Shown in pieces: positions 10,331-21,404 of a stretch of 64,000 nucleotides of DNA; the first letter of the stretch is position 1; every line of letters begins with the position of its first letter. The stretch spans positions 128,001-192,000 of the forward strand of contig JAMOPO010000052.1 in assembly GCA_027064425.1 (NCBI GenBank). Direction: 5' to 3'. The translations under genes were made by a program, and so were the position numbers. Below the pieces are notes generated by a model that was not told the DNA's origin, did not search any database, and worked only from the letters and a program-made list of their open reading frames with translations. Origin of the DNA: Methanobacteriota archaeon (GTDB lineage: Archaea; JAADCQ01; Methanopyri; Methanopyrales; Methanopyraceae).

Positions 10331-12010
10331 GTGGAGAGGGTCACCTGCGACGTCCTCGTGATCGGGGGCGGCGGCGCGGCCCTACGGGCCGCGATAGAGG
10401 CGGCCCGCCACGACCTGAGCGTCGTGATCGTGTCCAAAGGCCCCCTCGGCCGGAGCGGCTGCACCGTCATGGCCGAGGGCGGTTACAACGCCGTCCTGAG
10501 GACCGAGTCCCCCGACGACTCCTTCGAGCTGCACTTCCGGGACACCGTGGAGGGAGGCTCCTACCTCAACGACCAGCGACTGGTCGAGATCCTGGTTCGG
10601 GAGGCGCCCGACCGCCTCCTCGACCTGGAGAACTACGGGGCCGTGTTCACCCGCAACGAGGACGGCACCCTCGCCCAGCGCCCCTTCGGCGGTCAATCCC
10701 GACCCCGGACGTGCTACGCCGGCGACCGCACCGGCCACGAGATCGCCATGGCCCTGCTGGACGAGGTGCGCCGCCTGGACCGCGTCCGCACGCTCGAGAA
10801 CGTGATGGCCTACCGGCTGATCAAGGACGACGACGGCCGCATCGCGGGCGCGCTGTGCCTGGACCTGGAGCGGGAGGACACCCTCGTCGTCCTGGCCCAC
10901 GCCACCATCCTCGCCACCGGCGGGGCCGGCCAGATTTACCCGGTCACCACCAACCCCGCGTACAAGACCGGCGACGGGTACGTCATGGCCCTGAAGGCGG
11001 GCTGCCCGCTCATCGACATGGAGATGGTCCAGTTCCATCCCACCGGGATGGTGTACCCCGAGAGCGCCCGGGGCATCCTCGTCACCGAGGCCGTCCGCGG
11101 CGAGGGCGGCCGCCTATACAACGCGGAAGGAGAGCGCTTCATGAAGCGGTACGACCCCGACCGGATGGAGCTGGCGACCCGGGACGTGGTGGCCCGAGCC
11201 ATCTACCGCGAGATCAAGGAGGGTCGGGGCACCGAGCACGGGGGCGTGTACCTCGACCTCACCCACCTGCCCGACGAGGTGATCGAGACGAAGCTCGAAA
11301 CCACCCTCCGCCAGTTCCTCCGCTACGGGATCGACATCCGTGAGGAGCCGATGGAGGTAGCGCCCACCGCCCACCACTTCATGGGAGGCGTCCCCATCAA
11401 CGAGCGCGCCGAGACCCCGCTCCCCCGACTCTTCGCCTGCGGTGAGGTCACCGGCGGCGTCCACGGGGCCAACCGGCTGGGAGGTAACGCGCTGGCCGAC
11501 ACCCAGGTGTTCGGGTGCCGAGCCGGCCTGTACGCCGCGAAGCTCGCCCGCCGGCTTCGAGCGCGAGGGGAGCGACCCCGCGTGAGCAGGCTCCGACTGC
11601 TGGATCTCGAGTCCAAGCTCTGGGAGCGGCTCGGAGAGGAGGACCCCCTCGAGGTCCGCCGCGAGCTCCGAAAGACCATGTGGGATCACGTGGGCCTCGA
11701 GCGCTCCGAGCGCGGGCTGAAGAAGGCCATCAAGCGCCTGGAGGAGCTCAAGCGCCGCGTGGAAGAGCGCGGCGTCGACGACGGCCCCGGGCTGCGGCTC
11801 GCCCTCGAGACGGTCAACATGATCGAGGTCGGGCTGGCCGTCGCCCGCTCCGCACTCTTCCGTCGTGAGAGTCGAGGCGCCCATTACCGCACGGACTACC
11901 CCGAGCGCGACGACGAGAACTGGCTCAAGCACACCGTCTACCGGCCCGACGGGAGCCTCGGGACCAAGCCGGTCGACGTCAGCCGGATAGATCCTCGATC
12001 ACAGGATTGA
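10331..12010 (+). CDS. tfrA: Thiol:fumarate reductase / fumarate reductase flavoprotein subunit
   Basis: GGGGA FAD motif, SGCTVMAEGG, QFHPTG, TEAVRGEGG, HHFMGG, HGANRLGGNAL, RESRGAH. Confidence 0.9.
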   Translation: MERVTCDVLVIGGGGAALRAAIEAARHDLSVVIVSKGPLGRSGCTVMAEGGYNAVLRTESPDDSFELHFRDTVEGGSYLNDQRLVEILVREAPDRLLDLENYGAVFTRNEDGTLAQRPFGGQSRPRTCYAGDRTGHEIAMALLDEVRRLDRVRTLENVMAYRLIKDDDGRIAGALCLDLEREDTLVVLAHATILATGGAGQIYPVTTNPAYKTGDGYVMALKAGCPLIDMEMVQFHPTGMVYPESARGILVTEAVRGEGGRLYNAEGERFMKRYDPDRMELATRDVVARAIYREIKEGRGTEHGGVYLDLTHLPDEVIETKLETTLRQFLRYGIDIREEPMEVAPTAHHFMGGVPINERAETPLPRLFACGEVTGGVHGANRLGGNALADTQVFGCRAGLYAAKLARRLRARGERPRVSRLRLLDLESKLWERLGEEDPLEVRRELRKTMWDHVGLERSERGLKKAIKRLEELKRRVEERGVDDGPGLRLALETVNMIEVGLAVARSALFRRESRGAHYRTDYPERDDENWLKHTVYRPDGSLGTKPVDVSRIDPRSQD

Positions 12011-13625
12011 CCAACCGGACCTCCTTCCCCTCCACCCGCACCATCCCACGGTCGGTCAGCCGCACCTCCGGGACCACCGGCAGCGTCACGAAGGAGAGCA
12101 CCTGGAACGGGTCCCCCTCCACGTCGGACAGCTCGCGCACCCGCTCCAGGACCGACCCGTACGCCTCGACGAACTCCTCCGGCTCCCGGGATGACATCAA
12201 CCCCGCCACGTCCAACTCGACCGCCTCGCACCCACCATCCCAGACCACCCCAACGCATCCCCCCAACCGGCCGGCCAGCCTCACCCCCTCCCGAACCAGC
12301 CGCAGGTCCCGGCCGACCACCACCACGTTGTGGGCGTCGTGAGCGACCGTCGTAACCAGCGCGCACTCGAGGTCGTCGATCCCCTCCAGGAAGCCCAGCG
12401 ACCAGCTCCCCTCCCCGTACCGGTCCACCACGACCAGGAACGCGATCCCCTCCTCCATCACCCTACCGTCCCGAATCGTGATCTCCTCCACGACCTCCCG
12501 GGTCCTGATCGTCCCCGGCCTGACCCCCACGCACCTCACCCGGTACCTACCGTCCTCGAACCCGATATCCTCCGGGTCGACGCCCACCTCCACCCGGGGA
12601 AGCTCCGCCTCCGCCCCCTCGAACTCCGCATCCTCCCTCGGGGTTCCCTCCAGGAAGACCCGCCGGGGTTCGACTTCCTCCAACCCGCTCAGCACGACCA
12701 CGTCCGCGTGGTAGCCGGGGGCCAACCGACCGGTCCTCAGCCCGTAGCACAGGGACGGGTTCAGGGTCACCGTCCCGAGCGCCTCCAGCGGGTCGAACCC
12801 CGCCTCCACGGCCCGCCTGACCATCTTGGCCAGCGAGACCTCGTCCATGTCGCTCGCGTGGAGATCATCCGTCACGAAGCACACGCCGCTGAGATCGTCC
12901 AGCGCCTCGAGGGCGGCCTCCAGGTCCCGGGACGAGGAACCCTCCCGGACGAACGTCCACACGCCCAGCTCACGCCTCCACCGGAACTCCTCCCCCGTCG
13001 AGCACTCGTGGTCGGTCTCCGGCCCCGCGGAAAAGTACCGCGCGGCCCCGGGACCCACGAGGCCGGGGGCGTGCCCGTCGACCCTCAGCCCCATCCGCCG
13101 GGCCAGCCGCACGAGCTCGTCCTTCCGCCCCTCCAGGACCCCCTCCACGTCCATCATCTCGCCCAGCGCCACCACCATCGGGTGGTCGGCGTACCGCTCC
13201 ACGATCTCCGGCGTCACCTTCCCCCGAACGGTCTCGAACGGCTCCCCAAGGGCCGGCACGCACGATGGAAGCGCCAGGTAGAACTTGAAAGGTCGGGCCC
13301 GCTCGGCGGTTCTCAGAGCCCACCTCAACCCCTCCTCGCCCGCCACGTTCACGACCTCGTGTGGATCCCACACGACCGACGTCACGCCGCGCTCGGAGAC
13401 GACCCGCGCGTAGCCGGGCGGGCTCAGACCGGAGCTCTCCACGTGCACGTGAGCGTCCACGAAGCCCGGGCAGATAACCCCGTCGACCTCGATCACGTCC
13501 ACGTCGCCCAGCTCGTCGGGCAGGTCGGAGAACACGCCCAGGATGCGACCCCTCTCCCAGACGACGTAGCCGGGACGAACGCGCGAGAACCAGGGGTCAA
13601 CGACGCGACCGTGAAGCGCCCTCAG
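11979..13625 (-). CDS. ade: Adenine deaminase; probable CTG start
   Basis: PGFVDAHVHVESS, DPHE, DGHAP, DHEC, TDD, AHDAHN; the N-terminal beta region extends upstream of GTG 13535 to CTG 13625. Confidence 0.92.
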   Translation of the reverse strand: MRALHGRVVDPWFSRVRPGYVVWERGRILGVFSDLPDELGDVDVIEVDGVICPGFVDAHVHVESSGLSPPGYARVVSERGVTSVVWDPHEVVNVAGEEGLRWALRTAERARPFKFYLALPSCVPALGEPFETVRGKVTPEIVERYADHPMVVALGEMMDVEGVLEGRKDELVRLARRMGLRVDGHAPGLVGPGAARYFSAGPETDHECSTGEEFRWRRELGVWTFVREGSSSRDLEAALEALDDLSGVCFVTDDLHASDMDEVSLAKMVRRAVEAGFDPLEALGTVTLNPSLCYGLRTGRLAPGYHADVVVLSGLEEVEPRRVFLEGTPREDAEFEGAEAELPRVEVGVDPEDIGFEDGRYRVRCVGVRPGTIRTREVVEEITIRDGRVMEEGIAFLVVVDRYGEGSWSLGFLEGIDDLECALVTTVAHDAHNVVVVGRDLRLVREGVRLAGRLGGCVGVVWDGGCEAVELDVAGLMSSREPEEFVEAYGSVLERVRELSDVEGDPFQVLSFVTLPVVPEVRLTDRGMVRVEGKEVRLVNPVIEDLSG

Positions 13626-13822
13626 CGACCGTCCCCCCGAGGGAAGGAGGTACGGCGGGGAGGTAGGCGCGCGGGGTCATCGGTCGGCTCGTCGGCCCAC
13701 TCCCCCGCGCTTGTGGCCCGGCGGAGCCCACGCGGGGTCATCCCCGGAGTCTCCGCGTCACCCGCGCCGGTTGGACCGGGCCGTGCCCCGTCCCCAAGTC
13801 GCGGCGTATGAAGTTACCGCCT

Positions 13823-14887
13823 CTAAATCATCGACCCCCGGGCCACGCAGCGCACGTACACCCAGGCCGCCACCAGGAAGTTGTACACGACGGCGCCGTC
13901 CAGCAGGGCCCGGGCGAGGGCCGGGGGAACGTGCACCGCCGGGGTGGGAGGCGGCGGGAGGAACAGATCCTCCAGCCTGTAAAACCGACCATCCTCCGCG
14001 TTGAAGTATCCGTGGCTGGCGGAGACGTGCAGCCCCGCGGCCACGGTGAACAGCGCCCCCGTCGAGAGGAGGAGAAGCCCCAGCCGCTCGGACGCCAGGC
14101 ACGCGGCCGGACAGCTCACCGCCCAGTAGTTAGGGTTAACCACCTTGGAGAACGCCAGGAGGGCCGCCCCCACCGCGCACGAGCGACGCTCCGGCTCGCC
14201 CGGGGCGACGAGTGGGAGGAGCATGGCGGCGGCCAACAGCGCCACCGGCAGCTCGGTGGGCGGGGTGACCAGCGTCCAGATGGAGCAGTTCTGCGGCGGG
14301 CGGCCCATCTGGAACAGGACCACGTCCTGCAGGAACGCCCAGCCGTTGCCAAGGAGGTACGGGACCAGGACGACCGCCGTGACGAGCACGAAAGCGATCA
14401 GCGACTCGCGGCGCAGGTGAGGGAGGGCCAGCAGTCCCGCGGTGGGCTTGGTCCAGAACGCGAGCGCCGCCAGCGTCCCGCCCAGCCAGCGCTCCCGCAT
14501 GATGATCGCCGCGAGGGCCATGGAGACGGGGATGGGATCCAGCTGCCAGAACGCGCACGGGTAGGCCGTGGAGAGCGCCACCACCAGCTGTCCCGTCCGA
14601 CCCATCCCCACGCGGCGGGCGCAGTAGACGCACGCCAGGGTCCCGATCCACACGGGGAGCTTCCACAGGAGTCGGAAGCGCCAGTCGAGCGGGTTCAGCC
14701 CCAGCAGCCCGTGCCCCAGGTACCAGACGAGTGCCGGGAGCAGGGAGCCGAGGGGAGGGTAGTGAACGTCGGTCTTAGCGTAGTAAGTCAGCGGGTGGGA
14801 GATGATCTTGGGGCACCAGCTCATCCACTTCTCGTAGTCCGGGGCGTACACGGCCGTCAAGAGCCACCAAATCACGTCCGCCATCAC
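13823..14887 (-). CDS. Multi-pass membrane glycosyltransferase-like protein (GT-C/GT87-like)
   Basis: Many TM helices; HYPPL, WQLD, TKP, KVVNPNYW motifs typical of GT87-like enzymes. Confidence 0.6.
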   Translation of the reverse strand: MMADVIWWLLTAVYAPDYEKWMSWCPKIISHPLTYYAKTDVHYPPLGSLLPALVWYLGHGLLGLNPLDWRFRLLWKLPVWIGTLACVYCARRVGMGRTGQLVVALSTAYPCAFWQLDPIPVSMALAAIIMRERWLGGTLAALAFWTKPTAGLLALPHLRRESLIAFVLVTAVVLVPYLLGNGWAFLQDVVLFQMGRPPQNCSIWTLVTPPTELPVALLAAAMLLPLVAPGEPERRSCAVGAALLAFSKVVNPNYWAVSCPAACLASERLGLLLLSTGALFTVAAGLHVSASHGYFNAEDGRFYRLEDLFLPPPPTPAVHVPPALARALLDGAVVYNFLVAAWVYVRCVARGSMI

Positions 14888-15034
14888 TTCACCTCCGGAC
14901 CCTGCGACGGTCCGCAGCTCGTGCCCTCGTCATCGGTTCAACTCAGAGAAGGCCAGATTCTTCATCCCGTCCCCCGATATCGTTACGCGATCTTTAACGA
15001 TTCGCGGCAAAGAGGAGGAGGGGGCGTGAGGGGG

Positions 15035-16087
15035 TTAGAGCTTCAGCGTGCCCAGGCTCACCGAGCCCAGGTACTTCACGACCGGCGAGGCCAGCGTCGT
15101 CAGCAGCTGGTCCATCGCCTGGACCACTGGTGCCACGATCTGCGCGGCCTGCTTCACGCCCTTGTCGGCCAGGTACCCCACCAGCGCGGTGATCACCGGC
15201 ACCGCCAGGCCGGCGGCGCTGGCGGTCGTGACCACCATCTTGCCCTCGATGCCCAGCTGCTCAGCCAGGTCCACGATCACGTTGTCCAGCGTGGCCACAC
15301 CGGCCAGGTACATCGCCAGCGTGACCACCGGCGCCAGCAGCGTGCCGACGTCCAGCATCGTCAGCGTGTTGACGAGCTGCTTGTGGTCCATCGCCCACCC
15401 GGCCAGCAGGTCGGTCGCCAGTGCCGCCGTCAGTCCGGCTCCGACGACGACGTCCTGCTCGACGTACTCACGGATACCCAGCTGGTCCAGCAGGCTCTGC
15501 AGCGTGCCCTTCAGGTCCGTTCCTAGCGCGTCATCGATCGCACTGGTGATCGGGTACCCCATCAGCGCGTCCAGCATGGCGATCGCCGGCACAGCCAGCA
15601 GCGCGTCCTTGACCAGCGCTCCCGTCAGGTGGACCGGCTTCACCGCCGGCGCCACGACCTCGACCGTCACCTCCTTGGTCGCGGTGCCACCCTTGATGCC
15701 GTACTGCGGCAGGTCTGGGAACCGCGCGGTCACCGTGATCGTGTGCTTACCCGGCGTCAGCTCCAGGGTCGCGGTCACCGTCTTGGTCTCGCCGAGCCGG
15801 TACGGTGGGGTGATCTTGGTCGTGTGGACCACGTTCCCGTCCACGGCGAACGTCACGGTCGTCGGCGTGCGCCGGATCGTGTACGGGTAGTTACCGGACC
15901 ACGTGATGACCGCGGTTACCTGGACGGCGGCCTTCTTCTCGCCCGGCTTGAGCTGAACCTTGGCCGGCGCCTGAACCTCCTTGATCTCCGGCTTGATGGT
16001 GTACTTAGCACCGTACACCTTGGCCTCCGCGGCGCCCACTAGGGCGCCCGCCAGAGCCACGAGGAGGGCGAGGAGCAGGCGCTTCAT
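15035..16087 (-). CDS. Secreted/cell-surface protein: signal peptide, Ig-like (CARDB-like) domain, hydrophobic helical C-terminal half
   Basis: MKRLLLALL...AAEA signal; VTFAVDG...GETKTVT...PGKHTITVTA beta-sandwich pattern. Confidence 0.7.
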   Translation of the reverse strand: MKRLLLALLVALAGALVGAAEAKVYGAKYTIKPEIKEVQAPAKVQLKPGEKKAAVQVTAVITWSGNYPYTIRRTPTTVTFAVDGNVVHTTKITPPYRLGETKTVTATLELTPGKHTITVTARFPDLPQYGIKGGTATKEVTVEVVAPAVKPVHLTGALVKDALLAVPAIAMLDALMGYPITSAIDDALGTDLKGTLQSLLDQLGIREYVEQDVVVGAGLTAALATDLLAGWAMDHKQLVNTLTMLDVGTLLAPVVTLAMYLAGVATLDNVIVDLAEQLGIEGKMVVTTASAAGLAVPVITALVGYLADKGVKQAAQIVAPVVQAMDQLLTTLASPVVKYLGSVSLGTLKL

Positions 16088-16121
16088 GCGAGGTCACCCC
16101 GGACCCGCGGGCCGATCAGAC

Positions 16122-16136
16122 TTATTTTACCTTTTT
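16122..16136 (-). promoter_or_regulatory. Putative BRE/TATA promoter for the surface protein gene
   Basis: Minus strand AAAAAGGTAAAATAA, 35-50 nt upstream of ATG 16087, in an intergenic gap. Confidence 0.6.
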
Positions 16137-16155
16137 GGGAAACCTTGGTCGGTGA

Positions 16156-17136
16156 TTAGTCCTCAAATCCCATCATCTTCCTCAACTTCCGCCCTACCCG
16201 CTCGATCTCGTGGTTCTCGATCTCCTTGCGCAGCCGCCGGAGCACAATTCGTCCCGACTCGTTCTCCATGGTCCACTCCCGGGCGAACTCGCCGCTGCGG
16301 ATCTCCTCCAGCACCTTCTTCATCTCCTCCTTGTTGATGATCCGCTTGCCGCGCGTGAGTCCTCCGTACTCAGCGGTGTTCGAGACGGCCTCCAGCATCC
16401 CCGTGAGTCCCTTCTTGTGGATCAGGTCCACGATGAGCTTCAGCTCATGCAGCGTCTCGAAGTAGGCTACCTCCGGCTGATAACCCGCCTCCACCAGCGT
16501 CTCGAAGGCGTACAGAATCAGGTACAGCACGCCGCCCACCAGGTCGACCTGCTCTCCGAACAGATCCGTCTCGACCTCCTCCCGGAACGTGGTCTCGATG
16601 ACGCCCGCGCGGGTGAACCCCATGGCCTTGGCCATGGCCAGGGCGATGTCCTTCGCCTTGCCCGTGTAGTCCTGGTGCACGGCCACCAGGGCCGGGGTGC
16701 CGAACCCCTCCGTGTACAGCTTGCGCACCATGTCCCCCGGTCCTTTGGGTGCTACTAGGATCACGTCTACGTACTCCGGCGGTTCAATGAGGCCGTAGTG
16801 AATGTTGAACGCGTGGCTGAAGCCCAGCGCGTCTCCCTTGCTCAGGTTGTCGTGAATGTGTTCTCGGTACACCTTGGGCTGGACCTCGTCGGGGATCAGG
16901 ATGTGCACGATGTCGCCCTGCTCGGCCGCCTCCGGGATCGGCAGGACCTCGAACCCGTCCTCCTTCGCCCGCTTCCAGGACGGTCCGCCCTCGCGCACGC
17001 CGATGATCACGTCGACGCCCGAGTCCCGGAGGTTCTTGGCCTGAGCCTCGCCCTGATTCCCGTAGCCGATCACCGCAACCGTCTTGCCCTCCAGCACGTC
17101 TAGGGAGGCGTCCTCGTCCCCGTAAATCTTGGCCAA
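16156..17136 (-). CDS. ilvC: Ketol-acid reductoisomerase
   Basis: [35 protein letters not shown]. Confidence 0.97.
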   Translation of the reverse strand: MAKIYGDEDASLDVLEGKTVAVIGYGNQGEAQAKNLRDSGVDVIIGVREGGPSWKRAKEDGFEVLPIPEAAEQGDIVHILIPDEVQPKVYREHIHDNLSKGDALGFSHAFNIHYGLIEPPEYVDVILVAPKGPGDMVRKLYTEGFGTPALVAVHQDYTGKAKDIALAMAKAMGFTRAGVIETTFREEVETDLFGEQVDLVGGVLYLILYAFETLVEAGYQPEVAYFETLHELKLIVDLIHKKGLTGMLEAVSNTAEYGGLTRGKRIINKEEMKKVLEEIRSGEFAREWTMENESGRIVLRRLRKEIENHEIERVGRKLRKMMGFED

Positions 17137-17155
17137 GCCGCCCGCCCCGCTGGCC

Positions 17156-17440
17156 TCAGTCGGACTTAACGATGCCCTCCTTAACCAGGTCCAGGAGGCC
17201 GGCCTCCTCCAGCGCCTCCTTCACCTCCTCGTCCGACGCGCCCCGCTCGATGTCGATCTTCTCCGGCGTCGGCTCCAGGTGCTTCACGTTACACCTTCTC
17301 CGACGAACCCCGGTGATCTCCTTCGGGCCGGTCACGATGACGAAATTCTCATCTATGATGTCCACGACGACGCAGTACCTGCCGGCCTCCCTGCCGGCGG
17401 TTTTCACGCAGATTCGACCGATCTCGATCGGGGCCGCCAC
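17156..17440 (-). CDS. rpl14e: 50S ribosomal protein L14e
   Basis: [36 protein letters not shown]. Confidence 0.96.
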   Translation of the reverse strand: MAAPIEIGRICVKTAGREAGRYCVVVDIIDENFVIVTGPKEITGVRRRRCNVKHLEPTPEKIDIERGASDEEVKEALEEAGLLDLVKEGIVKSD

Positions 17441-17464
17441 GGCATCATCCCCCGGGGGTTCCGG

Positions 17465-18925
17465 TTGGCCAGGTTGTTCGGCAGGTCGGCGTGGCTTGCC
17501 CTAGCAGCCGGTTTAACAACGTTGTTGGCCTACTTGGCGCACCTCGGGCACGAGTCCGTGACCCACGCCCCGAACCGTCACGCGGCCGAAAACGCCCCGC
17601 TCCACTACGCGATCTGCGCCATCATCGCCGCGTGCGCGGTCCGGCTCACGCCGGGTTATTCAGCCCTGAACGTCCTCCTGAACTGCGCGCTCAGGGAGAC
17701 GCCGAGACCGCTACCGACCGGGCCGTGGCTGGCGTGGCAAGGGCTCAAGGTCGGGGCCCTGATCGTCCTCCTGCACGGATTCCCCACGGTCCCCGTCGTG
17801 CACTGGATCGCCTCCGGCAACCCGGCCCGGGTGGTCCTGGCCCTCGGGATCCTGCTCGGTCCCCCGTTCAAGGTCAGGGCCGCGATGCTCCTGCTCTCTC
17901 ACCTGGCCAGCGCCGCGCTGGACGCGCAGGAGTACGCGAACGACCGCGAGCTGCTGGAGTCCGCGATGATCTCGCACGGCCTCCGCATCGCGGCCGTGGT
18001 CCTGGGGATCGCCACCGTCACCCTCGCCACCTACCCCATTATCTCAATGTACCTCCTCCCACTGCTGGCCTTCCTGGCGGCCCTCAGCCTGCACCTGTGG
18101 TCTCAGTCCCGGCTTCCATGGCGGGAGTACCGCCAACTGAGCGGGCTGATCGACCGGATTAAGCGAGGCCTTATCCTGGCGGTGGCGCTGCTCCCCACCG
18201 TTCCGGTCCTGGACCTCCTGACCGGCGTCCCCACGGAGCTGACGATCCACGCGTGGGCCACCATGGTCGGAGAGGCCGTCCTGCAGCCCCACTCGGTGAA
18301 GCTCGACCCCGCCTCCTACCTGACCCAAACCCCCGCCCAGCTCTCCCGAGCCTGGAGCGCGGGACGCTCCCCGGTGTGGGGCGTCACCGGAGACCGGCTG
18401 CAGGTCGTGGTCAGCGACGGGCGCGGCCACGGCTGGGTCATCGACCCCAGGTCCGGGGCGATCAGAGGTACTCTCAAGGTTCCCATCGAGGCCATTGAGC
18501 GGCAGGAGGACGCGCTCCGGCGTGCGTTCCCGTACCTCCGACCCGGGGCGCCCGTGCTGAGGGACGGTCGAGTCCGGGTGAGCGCGTGGATCGTCGCCGA
18601 CGTGTGGCTGCCGTTCCTGGGGTTCACCCTGGCACTGCCCGTCTCGGGTGATCCGGCCCTCCCGAGGAACGAGTGGGGGCTCGCCTGGTACCCGGCCCGC
18701 TGGAGGGGTCGACTGGTGCCCGTGCTCATCCCGATCGAGACGCTGGCGATGCCGGTCCTTGAGGTGCCGGGCGAGGCCCTGGTCTCGATCCCCCCGCCGC
18801 GTTCCCTGAAACTGTGGCTGCACGGGCCCGGGTTCGTCCGCATCGACCGGGGGAGGGTGATCCTCCTGAGACCGGAGTATCGGTCCGACGGGACGCTGAA
18901 GCGCCTGGAAGCGATCAGGGTGTGA
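17465..18925 (+). CDS. Hypothetical multi-pass membrane protein with C-terminal soluble domain
   Basis: Long ORF with many hydrophobic segments; TTG 17465 after GGGGG chosen to avoid overlap with rpl14e. Confidence 0.6.
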   Translation: MARLFGRSAWLALAAGLTTLLAYLAHLGHESVTHAPNRHAAENAPLHYAICAIIAACAVRLTPGYSALNVLLNCALRETPRPLPTGPWLAWQGLKVGALIVLLHGFPTVPVVHWIASGNPARVVLALGILLGPPFKVRAAMLLLSHLASAALDAQEYANDRELLESAMISHGLRIAAVVLGIATVTLATYPIISMYLLPLLAFLAALSLHLWSQSRLPWREYRQLSGLIDRIKRGLILAVALLPTVPVLDLLTGVPTELTIHAWATMVGEAVLQPHSVKLDPASYLTQTPAQLSRAWSAGRSPVWGVTGDRLQVVVSDGRGHGWVIDPRSGAIRGTLKVPIEAIERQEDALRRAFPYLRPGAPVLRDGRVRVSAWIVADVWLPFLGFTLALPVSGDPALPRNEWGLAWYPARWRGRLVPVLIPIETLAMPVLEVPGEALVSIPPPRSLKLWLHGPGFVRIDRGRVILLRPEYRSDGTLKRLEAIRV

Positions 18926-18938
18926 GGGGTACGGTAGC

Positions 18939-21404
18939 GTGAAGGCGGCCGTCTTCCTCGAGCGGAAGGGGAACAAGGTGCGGATCGCGTTCACCGAGGA
19001 CGATCCCAGGTCCGGGGCGGAGATAGAAAGGGAGGCTCTGCTGGAGCTGGGCCCGGACGAGCGGCCGGTGAGAGGCGTGCTGGACGGTGATCCGACCCCG
19101 CCGGACAAGATCCTCAACCGGGTCCGGGCGGCGGGCACCGTTCTGGCGCGCGGGGACCTGGCCAAGACCGCCGAGCGACTTCTCGGCGGCAAGGTCGAGC
19201 GGGCGGAGTTCTGCCGCCGTTGCCTGGCCTCGGACAAGATCACGGTCCTTGACGGCGGGTACAAGTTCGGGGACGTGCGCGTCTGCGGGGAGTGCGCCGA
19301 GGAGATCCTGGAGGAGGAGCTGAGGTTCCGCGTCCCGAACTTCTCGCAGACCCTGCTGGAGCGCCTGAAGGAGCTCTTGGACCGGTTCCGCGACGTCGAC
19401 CGCGTGATCGAGATGGTGGACCCCTCGTTCGACCCGGCCCGCGAGGACGAGAAGACGCGGTGGGACGTGGTCGAGGCGGAGGATGAGGAAGAGGAGGAGC
19501 GCCTGCCGATCTCGAAGGTGGACGCCCCGGCCCGACTCATCAGCCTCCTGCGCGAGCTCGGGTACCGCGAGCTGACCCCGGTTCAGACCAAGTGCGTACG
19601 CGCGGGCCTGCTGGAGGGCGAGAACCTGCTGGTGGTGTCTCCCACCGGGTCCGGGAAGACGCTCGTGGCCGAGCTCGCGGGCCTGACCCGGGTGCTCGAG
19701 GAAGGGAAGAAGATGGTCTACCTGGTGCCCCTCGTGGCGCTGGCCAACCAGAAGTTCCGCGAGTTCCGGGAAAAGTACGGCGAGAGGCTCAACGTCGGCG
19801 TCCGACTCCAGGTCGGTGCGACCAGGCTGAAGGAGTTCTCGAGACCGGAGCGGGGCCCCGACCCGGAGGAGGCGGACATCATCGTGGGGACGTACGAGGG
19901 GTTCGACCTGCTCCTCCGCACCCGGGCGATCGACCCGGACGAGATCGGTGTGGTTGTGATCGATGAGGTGCACAGCTTGGCCGACGAGGACCGAGGTCCC
20001 CGGCTGGACGGTCTTATTTGCCGCCTTAAGACCCTGACCGACGCGCAGCTACTGGGCCTGTCGGCCACGGTGGGCAACCCGGAGGAGCTCGCGGAGTACC
20101 TCGACGCGCGCCCGGTCATCCACGAGCGGAGGCCGGTACCGTTGGAGTATCACCTCGTGATCAACCAAGACCGACGGCAGAAGTGGGACCGCATCGCCCG
20201 GCTCGTGGAGGCGGAGTGGGAGACGGAGTACTCCACCGGCTACCGGGGCCAGACGATCGTCTTCACCCACTCCCGGCAGAACACGCACCGCCTGGCCGAC
20301 TTCCTCCAGGAGCGGACGGGGCTGGACGTCGCCCCCTACCACGCTGGGCTGCCCTACGACCGGCGCAAGTCGACCGAGCAGGCCTTCGAGCGGGGCGAGC
20401 TGGCGGCCGTCGTCACGACCGCGGCCCTCGGCGCGGGCGTCGATTTCCCAGCCTCTCAGGTGATCTTCGAGAGCCTGGCGATGGGTGTCGAGTGGCTGAC
20501 GCCCATGGAGTTCCAGCAGATGGCGGGGCGGGCTGGACGGCCCGGTTACCACGACCGGGGCAAGGTCGTCCTGATGGTGGAGCCGGGGCGCCGGTACCAC
20601 TCCGGTCAAGAGGACACCGAGGACAAGGTCGCCTTCCGACTGCTCGAGTCGGAGCCGGAGCCGGTCGAGGTGGAGTACGACGATGAGGACGAGCGCGAGC
20701 AGGTGCTGGCGCACGTGGCCAGCGGCGCCGCCTCCTCCCCGGAGGAGCTCCGACGGGTCTGCTCCGAATCCTTCGGGTTCGCCGGCGACCCGGAGCGGAG
20801 GCTCAAGGAGCTTCGGGAGATGGGGTTCGTGAAGGGGTTCAAGCTGACGCGCCGGGGCCGGGTGGCCGCCCGCTACTTCGCCGGACCGCGCACGGTGCAC
20901 CGGCTCGTCGAGTCCGAGCGAGAGGATCCACTGCAGGCCGTGGCCGAGGTGTGCCCGTTCGAGCGGCTGCAGCTGTCCCCCTCGATCCGGCGGGCGGTCG
21001 AGCGGGTCACGAGGATGTCCGTGCCCGCCCGCTTCGAGGACGCCCTGGAGGTCATCCACTCCGAGCGCCGCGAGGTGCTTGAGCACCTACCCAAGAAGGA
21101 GCGTGACCGACTGATCAAACTGATCCGAGCGGTGGACTGCGGGTGCGATGCGTTCCCGCACTGCGATCACGTGCCCGCCAAGGCCTCTGCGCTGCTGCTG
21201 AGGACGCGCTTAGAGGGTAAATCAGTCTTCGCCATGCCCAGGGAGCTGGAGCGGAGGTACGGTCTAACGGCGTACCCGACCGACGTCGCGAGCTGGCTGG
21301 AGGAGGTGATCCGGCTCCTGGAGTGCGCGGCCGAAATCGCGGAGGAGCCGGGGATGAGGGCGGCGGCGGAGGCCCTCGCCGATCCCTGGTCTACCCGCCG
21401 CTGA
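18939..21404 (+). CDS. Archaeal Ski2-like superfamily 2 helicase (ASH-Ski2/COG1202-like)
   Basis: SPTGSGKT, DEVH, SAT, QMAGRAGR; N- and C-terminal Cys clusters. Confidence 0.9.
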   Translation: MKAAVFLERKGNKVRIAFTEDDPRSGAEIEREALLELGPDERPVRGVLDGDPTPPDKILNRVRAAGTVLARGDLAKTAERLLGGKVERAEFCRRCLASDKITVLDGGYKFGDVRVCGECAEEILEEELRFRVPNFSQTLLERLKELLDRFRDVDRVIEMVDPSFDPAREDEKTRWDVVEAEDEEEEERLPISKVDAPARLISLLRELGYRELTPVQTKCVRAGLLEGENLLVVSPTGSGKTLVAELAGLTRVLEEGKKMVYLVPLVALANQKFREFREKYGERLNVGVRLQVGATRLKEFSRPERGPDPEEADIIVGTYEGFDLLLRTRAIDPDEIGVVVIDEVHSLADEDRGPRLDGLICRLKTLTDAQLLGLSATVGNPEELAEYLDARPVIHERRPVPLEYHLVINQDRRQKWDRIARLVEAEWETEYSTGYRGQTIVFTHSRQNTHRLADFLQERTGLDVAPYHAGLPYDRRKSTEQAFERGELAAVVTTAALGAGVDFPASQVIFESLAMGVEWLTPMEFQQMAGRAGRPGYHDRGKVVLMVEPGRRYHSGQEDTEDKVAFRLLESEPEPVEVEYDDEDEREQVLAHVASGAASSPEELRRVCSESFGFAGDPERRLKELREMGFVKGFKLTRRGRVAARYFAGPRTVHRLVESEREDPLQAVAEVCPFERLQLSPSIRRAVERVTRMSVPARFEDALEVIHSERREVLEHLPKKERDRLIKLIRAVDCGCDAFPHCDHVPAKASALLLRTRLEGKSVFAMPRELERRYGLTAYPTDVASWLEEVIRLLECAAEIAEEPGMRAAAEALADPWSTRR

